DNA of 14,179 nt from Sphaerochaetaceae bacterium (lineage in GTDB: Bacteria; Spirochaetota; Spirochaetia; Sphaerochaetales; Sphaerochaetaceae), in NCBI GenBank assembly GCA_024698005.1, contig JAILRW010000089.1:1-14179 (forward strand), given 5' to 3'. A model generated the notes under the pieces. The model saw only the letters and a program-made list of their open reading frames with translations, had not been told where the DNA came from and made no database searches. Both the position numbers and the translations under genes were made by a program. The number at the start of each line of letters is the position of its first letter. The first letter of the stretch is position 1. Below, in pieces: positions 1 through 6,721 of this stretch.

Positions 1-585
1 TGTGTGTTGAGAGAGTGTGATTGGTTTTCCCTGGATCACGCTTGCTTGAAGACTGCGACAAATGGAGAAGTTTTCAGGGATGATCTAGGAGTATTCTCTG
101 CATTTAGAAACTATCTTCTTGGCTATTATCCAGACAGAGTCTGGAAATCGAGAATAGCAGAGAAGCTCCATGAATATGCAGCTGCTCTTCAGGTAAACTA
201 TGCAAGATGCATGACAAGAGGAGATGTTGTAACAGCAAATCTATGCAAAGCAAGAGGTGTAAGTGCTGCTATGGAGCTCTTCTTCCTTATGAAGAGGGAG
301 TACCCACCTTACTATAAATGGACATTCCGTGCACTCAAGGAGCTGGATACTGAGGGAAACTTTGCAAGAAAGATCCAGGAGCTTTCTGAAGAGGCAATCC
401 GTTTGGAAAACTGGGAAGGTACAAGATACCAGCCCAATCGTTTGAATTATCGTGATCCTATAGTCTCTATCTCAGAGGAACTTGCTTCCGAAATAGAGTT
501 CATGATGATAGAAAACAATTTGACAAAAATTAGAAGTAGATATTTAGAGACTCATGTTGATGAGGTACTTCCATTTAATACTTAG
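1..585 (+). CDS. DUF4037-like protein, C-terminal part (5' end lies upstream of the window)
   Basis: Frame 1 is open from base 1 to the TAG at 583-585, so the GTG at 4 in the ORF track is probably internal. The segments ATNGEVFRDDLGVFSAFRNYLLGYYPDRVW and PPYYKWTFRALKEL match my recollection of the conserved DUF4037 core, which usually follows a nucleotidyltransferase domain. It is convergent with the minus-strand cluster. Confidence 0.6.
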   Translation, partial: CVLRECDWFSLDHACLKTATNGEVFRDDLGVFSAFRNYLLGYYPDRVWKSRIAEKLHEYAAALQVNYARCMTRGDVVTANLCKARGVSAAMELFFLMKREYPPYYKWTFRALKELDTEGNFARKIQELSEEAIRLENWEGTRYQPNRLNYRDPIVSISEELASEIEFMMIENNLTKIRSRYLETHVDEVLPFNT

Positions 586-693
586 AGTTTTAGGGACACA
601 GTTTTCCTCTCTGTGAATAACTTTAAGTTTGAAAATTCAAAACTTAAGCTCTTGAGAGAAATCAATTATCTATGAATTGTTTCTTATTCTCTT

Positions 694-1491
694 TCAATTA
701 GGGATGGAGAAGAGTTTTTCTGCAGTTCTGTGGAAGATGTTCTCATACTCTTCGCTTGTGAGGTTCAAGGAAAGCATTGCATCAAGCTCAGGATCAACAT
801 CCCACATTGGGAAATCTGAACCAAACATAATCTTTTCAGAGCCGAATGTTCTTATATACTTTTTGACCTTATCTTTTTCTACCCAGTGGAAGGTGGATGA
901 GGTATCTACAAACAAATTGTCATAAGTGTGAAGCCTCTCTACAGCCTCATCCCAGACCGACCAGCCTGAAAAATGAGCTCCGATGAAGGTTGTTTTTGGA
1001 AACATCCTTAACACAGGTTCTAGCTGATCAGGATTGGAGTAGTTATAGCGGTAATCTCCAGTATGGATAAGCACAGGAAGTCTTCCTTCACAAGCCTCGT
1101 AGAGTGGAAGAAGTCTTTTGTCGTTTATTGCACATAACTGTGTATCAGGATGGAGCTTTATACCTTTTAGTCCCAGAGAGATGATTTTATCAACAATTCC
1201 ACCCATATCAGGATAGTCCTGATGTACAGTACCTAGTCCTGTAAAAAAGCCATCTCCGAGAAGAACGGTGTTTGATATGAATGCATTTATACTATCAGTC
1301 TGAGCGAGCCTTGTTGCAACTGAAAAGATCACGGCATGGTCTACGCCACTATTTTCCCAGTGCTTTTTCATGCTGGCTGCTCTGCCATCTCCATAGCTAT
1401 GGATCCCATCATAGAAATCAGAGACACTCTTTACTGCCTTCATGGCAATTGCCTCAGGATATACATGACAATGGGAATCGATAATACGCAT
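694..1491 (-). CDS. Amidohydro_2 (PF04909-type) metal-dependent TIM-barrel hydrolase
   Basis: ORF 694-1503. I prefer the ATG at 1491 (MRIIDSHCHVY) because GGAG at 1498-1501 lies 6 nt upstream and the TTG at 1503 sits in the terminator U-tract. Hallmark strand motifs are present: DSHCHV (HxH), GIKLHP, PVLIHTG, GAHFSG, DTSS, IMFGSDFP. Confidence 0.8.
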   Translation of the reverse strand: MRIIDSHCHVYPEAIAMKAVKSVSDFYDGIHSYGDGRAASMKKHWENSGVDHAVIFSVATRLAQTDSINAFISNTVLLGDGFFTGLGTVHQDYPDMGGIVDKIISLGLKGIKLHPDTQLCAINDKRLLPLYEACEGRLPVLIHTGDYRYNYSNPDQLEPVLRMFPKTTFIGAHFSGWSVWDEAVERLHTYDNLFVDTSSTFHWVEKDKVKKYIRTFGSEKIMFGSDFPMWDVDPELDAMLSLNLTSEEYENIFHRTAEKLFSIPN

Positions 1492-1501
1492 ATTTTGCTC
1501 C

Positions 1502-1536
1502 AAAAGAAGCTATATCCGAGAATCCTCGGATATAGC
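1502..1536 (-). terminator. Rho-independent terminator downstream of the oxidoreductase gamma gene
   Basis: Perfect 12-bp inverted repeat gctatatccgag (1509-1520) / ctcggatatagc (1525-1536) with a 4-nt loop. On the minus strand it is followed by UUCUUUU (1508-1502). It lies 33 nt after the stop codon at 1570-1572. Confidence 0.8.
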
Positions 1537-1569
1537 AATTAATAACTTTATTAAGATGTCAGCTAGAAC

Positions 1570-2106
1570 TTACTCTTCTATATAGTTATAGCCAGCATCA
1601 ATTGCCTTCAAGTTGAGATCGTACATCTCTGGATGTTTTGCAGAGACGACCTTCTTGAGAGCTTCTTCAAGATAACCTCTTGAGAGTTCAGAATCCTTCA
1701 GCACCTTACCGATAAGTACGATGTTTGCAAGATTTGAAGCGCCAATATCCTGGGCAATTTTAGTTGCAGGAATATAGAAAGCTTCTACATCTTTTCTCTG
1801 TACCTTTCTTCCGACCAAGGATGAGTCGACAAAAATTGCACCACCTGGTTTTACAGTAGATTCATAACGATCTAAGGAAGGAAGGTTCATTACAATGAGA
1901 ACATCAGGATTATCGATGATAGGGGAACCGACAGGCTCGTCACTGATAGTGACAGAGCAGGAAGCAGTACCACCTCTCATTTCAGGACCATAGGAAGGGA
2001 GCCAAGAGAGCTCTTTTCCCTCTGAAAGTGCCTTGTAGGCAAGCAGCTTGCCAGAGAAGAGAATACCCTGACCTCCGAAACCAGCGATGAGAATCTGTGT
2101 TGTCAT
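1570..2106 (-). CDS. 2-oxoacid:ferredoxin oxidoreductase, gamma subunit
   Basis: 178 aa. The N-terminus [22 protein letters not shown] carries the GGQG motif typical of POR/KOR/VOR gamma subunits. The ATG at 2104-2106 overlaps the beta stop codon (ATGA), indicating translational coupling. Confidence 0.85.
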   Translation of the reverse strand: MTTQILIAGFGGQGILFSGKLLAYKALSEGKELSWLPSYGPEMRGGTASCSVTISDEPVGSPIIDNPDVLIVMNLPSLDRYESTVKPGGAIFVDSSLVGRKVQRKDVEAFYIPATKIAQDIGASNLANIVLIGKVLKDSELSRGYLEEALKKVVSAKHPEMYDLNLKAIDAGYNYIEE

Positions 2107-2855
2107 GCCTTTGCCTCCTGGTCCTTATCCTTGAAAACTCCGAGTGGGTAGTAAGGAATCATGTTGTTATCAACCCATTCAAGTGCCTTCTGAGGTGTCA
2201 TGCCCCAGTTTGTAGGACAAGCTGAGACAACTTCGATAAGTGAGAAGCCCTTACCCTCAATCTGGTTTCTGAAAGCCTTTTCAATTGCTTTCTTTGCTTT
2301 GAGTACATTCTTTACATTGTTTGCTGCAACACGCTCAATGTAGTATGGAGCATCGAGTGCAGAAAGCATCTCACAGACTTTGATAGGATAACCTGCGACC
2401 TTTACATCACGGCCATAAGGTGAGGTCTGAGTGACCTGACCTGGCAGTGATGTAGGAGCCATCTGGCCACCTGTCATACCATAGATTGCATTGTTGACGA
2501 AGATGATTGTGATATTCTCATTTCTGGTAGCAGCATGGACTGTTTCAGCCATACCGATACTAGCGAGGTCTCCATCACCCTGATAGGTAAAGACAATATT
2601 TCCAGGAAGAGCTCTCTTGATACCTGTTGCAACTGCAGGTGCTCTGCCGTGAGCGGCTTCTACCATATCACAAGAGAAGTAATCATAAGCCATAACAGCA
2701 CAGCCTACTGGTGCAACACCAATAGTTCTTCCTTCGATGCCGAGTTTGTCAATTGCCTCTGCTACGAGACGATGGATGATTCCATGAGGACAACCTGGAC
2801 AGTAGTGGAGCTCCTTTGAAGTGAGGCTCTTTGGTTTTTCAAATACAATTGCCAT
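2103..2855 (-). CDS. 2-oxoacid:ferredoxin oxidoreductase, beta (TPP-binding) subunit
   Basis: TPP motif YQGDGDLASIG...IIFVNNAIYGMTGGQ and the CPGCPHG cysteine cluster. I chose the start at ATG 2853-2855 (MAIVFEKPK) because it overlaps the alpha stop codon (TAATG). The extra 35 codons in the ORF-track call (to 2960) lie inside the alpha CDS. Confidence 0.85.
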   Translation of the reverse strand: MAIVFEKPKSLTSKELHYCPGCPHGIIHRLVAEAIDKLGIEGRTIGVAPVGCAVMAYDYFSCDMVEAAHGRAPAVATGIKRALPGNIVFTYQGDGDLASIGMAETVHAATRNENITIIFVNNAIYGMTGGQMAPTSLPGQVTQTSPYGRDVKVAGYPIKVCEMLSALDAPYYIERVAANNVKNVLKAKKAIEKAFRNQIEGKGFSLIEVVSACPTNWGMTPQKALEWVDNNMIPYYPLGVFKDKDQEAKA

Positions 2856-3922
2856 TAGTTCTTTCCTCCTTCTGCAAGTTCCTTTGTGACCTTGATAATC
2901 TGATCGACACTTGGAATCATACCGCCAGCTCTGTTGCAAAGAACAACAGGTCTGAGGCACTCTTCTGCGAGTTTTACATCTTCGATCATCTGACCCATTG
3001 AAAGCTCTACACTGACAAAGCCTTTTACCTTATCGGCTGCTTCTCTGATTGCCTTCTTAGGGAATGGCCAGATTGTGATAGGTCTGATAAGACCGACCTT
3101 CAAGCCTTCCTTTCTCATAGCTGTGATTGCATTCTTTGCAACACGAGCTGCAATACCAAAAGCAACGAGAGCATAATCTGCATCGTCCATCATATAGCTT
3201 TCGTATCTGACCTCGTTCTTTTCGATTTCAGCGTAGCGTTCGAAACGCTCGAAGTTGGTCTTCTCAAGTACTTCTGGGGAAAGATAGAGGGAGTTGATTA
3301 TATTGTGTTCTCTCTTCATCTGTGTACCAGTTACAGCCCAAGGCTTTTCTATTCCAGATTCTTTTTCTTCAGGCAGGGCAACTGGCTCCATCATCTGGCC
3401 CATTGTACCATCAGCAAGCAGCATTGCAGGACAGCGATACTTATCGGCAAGATCGAAAGCGAGGCTTGTAAGGTCTGCCATTTCCTGAACAGAACTAGGT
3501 GTGAGAACTATAAGATGATAGTCTCCATGTCCACCGCCTTTGGTTGCCTGGAAGTAGTCGGACTGGGATGGCTGGATGCCACCAAGGCCTGGACCACCTC
3601 TCTGGACGTTTACAATTACTGCTGGAAGATCTGCACCAGCAATGTAAGAAATACCTTCCTGCTTGAGTGAAATTCCAGGGGAGGAAGAGCTGGTCATAAC
3701 ACGCTTACCGGTGCCTGCGACACCGTATACCATGTTGATTGCACTGATTTCACTTTCAGCCTGTAAAAAGACACCGCCTTCCATCTTGGGAAGCTTCTTT
3801 GCCATGTAGGCAGTAAGCTCTGTCTGTGGAGTGATCGGGTAACCGAAATAATGTCTGCAGCCAGCACGGAGAGCAGCCTCTGCAATGGCCTCATTTCCTT
3901 TCATCAATACTTTTTCTGGCAT
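2855..3922 (-). CDS. 2-oxoacid:ferredoxin oxidoreductase, alpha subunit (VorB/KorA-like)
   Basis: MPEKVLMKGNEAIAEAALRAGCRHYFGYPITPQTE is the typical alpha-subunit N-terminus. The start at ATG 3920-3922 is preceded by AAGGGGG (3928-3934) at 5-nt spacing. The ORF-track start at 3943 would overlap the delta gene. Confidence 0.85.
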   Translation of the reverse strand: MPEKVLMKGNEAIAEAALRAGCRHYFGYPITPQTELTAYMAKKLPKMEGGVFLQAESEISAINMVYGVAGTGKRVMTSSSSPGISLKQEGISYIAGADLPAVIVNVQRGGPGLGGIQPSQSDYFQATKGGGHGDYHLIVLTPSSVQEMADLTSLAFDLADKYRCPAMLLADGTMGQMMEPVALPEEKESGIEKPWAVTGTQMKREHNIINSLYLSPEVLEKTNFERFERYAEIEKNEVRYESYMMDDADYALVAFGIAARVAKNAITAMRKEGLKVGLIRPITIWPFPKKAIREAADKVKGFVSVELSMGQMIEDVKLAEECLRPVVLCNRAGGMIPSVDQIIKVTKELAEGGKN

Positions 3923-3932
3923 CCGAACCCCC

Positions 3933-4139
3933 TTATCTCTCAACCGTTATAACGCAGTCTGGACACATAGTTGCGCAGAATGCACAAGCTATGCACTTGC
4001 TCTGGTCAGTCATTACGGCAGGGTTGTGTCCCTTTTTGTTGATCTTGTTTCTGTCAAGCGCAAGTATGTGCTTTGGACAGGCGTCTACACAGAGCCCACA
4101 GCCCTTGCAGATGTCCTCATTGAATGTCACTTTCGCCAT
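3933..4139 (-). CDS. 2-oxoacid:ferredoxin oxidoreductase, delta subunit (2x[4Fe-4S] ferredoxin)
   Basis: 68 aa with two CxxCxxCxxxCP motifs (CKGCGLCVDACP and CIACAFCATMCP). It sits immediately upstream of the alpha subunit, giving the delta-alpha-beta-gamma order of four-subunit VOR/KOR/POR enzymes. Confidence 0.85.
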   Translation of the reverse strand: MAKVTFNEDICKGCGLCVDACPKHILALDRNKINKKGHNPAVMTDQSKCIACAFCATMCPDCVITVER

Positions 4140-4155
4140 AGGAATACCCCATAAT

Positions 4156-4800
4156 TTATATTTCGAATGGTCGTCTCTGAAGTTTCAGAGGGACCATATC
4201 CTCAGTTGCAATACTCTCTTCTGCAGCAGTATAGACAAGAGGAAGAAAAGTGGTCTCAGAGAGCTTCTGGGCTCTCTCATAAGTTGCTTGTATCTTCTCT
4301 ACTGTTGTCTCCTGTCCCAGATTCGAGTTGTTTATTATCCCAGTGAATTTAAGTCCACACGCTCCCTCTATCTCCCTCATGACCTCGATAGCTTCATCAA
4401 CTGTAGTAGTAAGAGGGCGATAAAAGTTGACGACATAGAACATGTCATAGTCATTTTCTTCCAAGATATATGGAACAAAACGGCCAAGAGCATAGGCTCC
4501 ACGGTCATCACCTCCGATATCGAGAACGGCGTAGCGGCTTTTATCCTCCACCAGAGCATACGTCTCGCTTGGTAAGGCAGGTAGGTCAACGCTACTGTTT
4601 GCAAACGGTAGCGCTATTACCTTTACACCTTCTTTTTCAAGCAGGTCTTTACTATCCTTGGACCTGAAATATGGGTTAACTATGTCTATATCTGCCAGAC
4701 TTACAGGAAGATTCTTCCTTCTGAGATAGAGGGCATAGTTTACGGCAAGATTGGTCTTGCCACTGCCATAGTGTCCACAGAATAGTGTCATTCTCTTCAT
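4156..4800 (-). CDS. P-loop NTPase of unknown function
   Basis: Walker A GHYGSGKT near the N-terminus and a Walker-B-like hhhhD segment AVLDIGGDD. The ATG is 3 nt after the aminotransferase stop codon. I could not assign a finer family by eye. Confidence 0.6.
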   Translation of the reverse strand: MKRMTLFCGHYGSGKTNLAVNYALYLRRKNLPVSLADIDIVNPYFRSKDSKDLLEKEGVKVIALPFANSSVDLPALPSETYALVEDKSRYAVLDIGGDDRGAYALGRFVPYILEENDYDMFYVVNFYRPLTTTVDEAIEVMREIEGACGLKFTGIINNSNLGQETTVEKIQATYERAQKLSETTFLPLVYTAAEESIATEDMVPLKLQRRPFEI

Positions 4801-4803
4801 GTT

Positions 4804-5898
4804 TTAAGCCTTGAGACCGAGCTTGTAGACCCAGCCCATGAAGTCTTCAACCTTGCCAGTCTGCATACCGTAGAGGTTGTCATAGAGCTTCTGAGCAACA
4901 GGACCGACCTTGCCATCACCTACGACGTAATCTTCACCCTTTACACAGAGTGTGCCGATAGGGGAGATGACTGCAGCAGTGCCGGAAGCGAAGATTTCCT
5001 TGAGGTGACCGCTCTTGCTTGCTTCCATGATCTCATCAATTGAAAGCTTTCTTTCTGTAATCTTGATGTTCCAGTGCTTGAGGAGCTGGATTACAGAGTC
5101 ACGAGTGATACCAGGAAGGATTGTCTCAGAGTCGAGTGGGGCTGTAATTACCTCATCATCGATCATGAAGAAGGCGTTGGATGTACCAATCTCTTCAACA
5201 TACTTGTGTTCAGCAGCATCGAGCCAGAGTACGTCCTTACAGTTGTACTTCATTGCATCCTGGCTTGCTCTCATGCCACCACCGTAGTTGCCACCGACCT
5301 TTGCATAGCCTGTGCCACCCTTGGCAGCACGGATGTACTTATCCTGGACGTAGATTCTAGTTGTAGATAGACCTCCATCGTTAGCAGCATAGTAGGAACC
5401 GGTTGGAGAGAGGATTACCATGAAGCGGTAGTGCTTTGCAGGAAGTACAGAGAAGGAAACCTCATCACCAAAGATGAATGGTCTGATATACAGTGCAGTA
5501 CCTGGTGCAGTTGGAACCCAATCAATATCTTCCTTGATAACAGCCTTGATACCAGCAAGAAGAATGTCACCTGGGAGCTCAGGAATACACATTCTTTCAT
5601 TGGTGCGTGCCATTCTCTTGACGTTCATATCTGGTCTGAAGATCTGGATATCGCCTTCGCTGGTTCTGTAAGCTTTCATGCCCTCGAACATCATCTGAGC
5701 ATAGTGAAGTACGCAAGATGCTGGTTCAATAAGAATTGGTTCGTGTGGAACAACTCTACCATCGTGCCATCCCTGACCCTCATCCCAGTCCATGCAGAAC
5801 ATGTGATCGGTGAAATACTGTGCGAATCCGAGCTTGGTCTGGTCAGTTGGCCTCTTTTTCGGATGTGTGGTCCTAGTTACTGGAAAATTGTACTCCAT
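4804..5898 (-). CDS. ilvE: Branched-chain amino acid aminotransferase (fold-type IV)
   Basis: GFAQYFTDHMF, HYAQMMFEGMKAYR, ALYIRPF, LSPTGSYY, GGTGYAKVGGNYG, EIGTSNAFF and LPGITR closely resemble long-form BCATs such as Bacillus YbgE/YwaA. I chose the start at ATG 5896-5898 (MEYNFPV) because AAGGAG lies 9 nt upstream. The ORF-track start at 5925 is a TTG that overlaps the preceding gene. Confidence 0.9.
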   Translation of the reverse strand: MEYNFPVTRTTHPKKRPTDQTKLGFAQYFTDHMFCMDWDEGQGWHDGRVVPHEPILIEPASCVLHYAQMMFEGMKAYRTSEGDIQIFRPDMNVKRMARTNERMCIPELPGDILLAGIKAVIKEDIDWVPTAPGTALYIRPFIFGDEVSFSVLPAKHYRFMVILSPTGSYYAANDGGLSTTRIYVQDKYIRAAKGGTGYAKVGGNYGGGMRASQDAMKYNCKDVLWLDAAEHKYVEEIGTSNAFFMIDDEVITAPLDSETILPGITRDSVIQLLKHWNIKITERKLSIDEIMEASKSGHLKEIFASGTAAVISPIGTLCVKGEDYVVGDGKVGPVAQKLYDNLYGMQTGKVEDFMGWVYKLGLKA

Positions 5899-5921
5899 AA
5901 AGCATATCTCCTTTTCCATAA

Positions 5922-6710
5922 TCAATTTACTTTGTATATATCAGGTCTTCTATCAGCAAAGACATTGATACTTGTTCTTATACCATCGAGAATGCTTGGG
6001 TCAAGAGTTGCATAAAGTATTTCTTCCTTATCCTTTGCATGTGCGATGGTTTCTCCCCATGGATCTGTAACAGAGCTGTTACCACCAAATACAGTTCCTG
6101 GAGCCTTGCCTGCTGAATTGCAGCAGACGACAAACATCTGGTTCTCAATAGCTCTTGCTTTTGTGAGTGCATCAAGGTGAGGCACTCTGACAAGTGGCCA
6201 CTGGGATACCATGAAGAGAACGTCGAGTCCCTTTGTGCTCATTGTTCTGATGAGCTCAGGGAAGCGAACGTCATAACAGATAATTACACCACATTTGAGT
6301 CCATCGAGGGTGAAGGTGGAAGTGTGGTTTCCTTTTTTGAAGAACTTGTCTTCCCCCATTGGTGAAAATAGGTGAGTCTTATCGTACTCAGCTACTACAT
6401 TTCCCTCGCGGTCGAATGTGTAGGATGTGTTGTAGATACCATCTGCTTTTTTATTGGCAATACTACCTGCAACAATGTTTACACCCAGCTCCTTGGCAAG
6501 AGGAGAGAATGTCGCTTTAAGCATTGCACCATCCTGATCTGCAAGCTTTTCCAGGTTTTCCTCTGGGAAAAAACCTACATTCCAGGTCTCTGGCAGAAGA
6601 ATGACATCAGGCTTCTTCTCTGCTGCTTCACGCACAAGAGCTACTGCCTTCTTGAAATTGTCTTCTGGCTTTGCAAAAGCCATATCCATTTGAATACAAG
6701 AGACCTTCAT
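5922..6710 (-). CDS. Carbon-nitrogen hydrolase (nitrilase superfamily; omega-amidase/Nit2/MtnU-like)
   Basis: 262 aa. Glu-Lys-Cys triad contexts are present: ILLPETW, YDKTHLF, GVIICYDVRFPE. GAGGAGG lies upstream of the ATG at 6710. Confidence 0.8.
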   Translation of the reverse strand: MKVSCIQMDMAFAKPEDNFKKAVALVREAAEKKPDVILLPETWNVGFFPEENLEKLADQDGAMLKATFSPLAKELGVNIVAGSIANKKADGIYNTSYTFDREGNVVAEYDKTHLFSPMGEDKFFKKGNHTSTFTLDGLKCGVIICYDVRFPELIRTMSTKGLDVLFMVSQWPLVRVPHLDALTKARAIENQMFVVCCNSAGKAPGTVFGGNSSVTDPWGETIAHAKDKEEILYATLDPSILDGIRTSINVFADRRPDIYKVN

Positions 6711-6721
6711 TATCTTCCTCC

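Noticed and set aside
623-647. An imperfect AT-rich hairpin (ttaagtttg...caaaacttaa) between the convergent genes ending at 585 and 694. Also a 5-bp CACAG/CTGTG stem at about 596-618.
   Set aside because: The position is plausible for a bidirectional terminator. The stems are short, bulged and AT-rich, with no clear U-tract on either strand. Support is insufficient.
2856-2960. N-terminal extensions in the ORF-track calls: 2856-2960 (beta), 3923-3943 (alpha), 5899-5925 (ilvE), 1492-1503 (hydrolase) and 13170-13184 (synthase-like).
   Set aside because: The extensions overlap the preceding gene or a terminator, lack an SD, or begin with TTG. In every case an internal ATG has a well-spaced GGAG-type SD and matches the usual family N-terminus.
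3991-4575. Long plus-strand ORFs antisense to the minus-strand genes. Examples are 3991-4575, 5431-6015, 7532-8119, 9496-10050, 10780-11361, 12396-12866, 3305-3670 and 677-925. The shorter same-strand out-of-frame ORFs in the track belong here too.
   Set aside because: Each lies entirely inside a minus-strand CDS that has clear family motifs. Their translations are low-complexity or Cys/Ser/Leu-rich with no recognisable motifs and no Shine-Dalgarno sequence. They are typical shadow ORFs.
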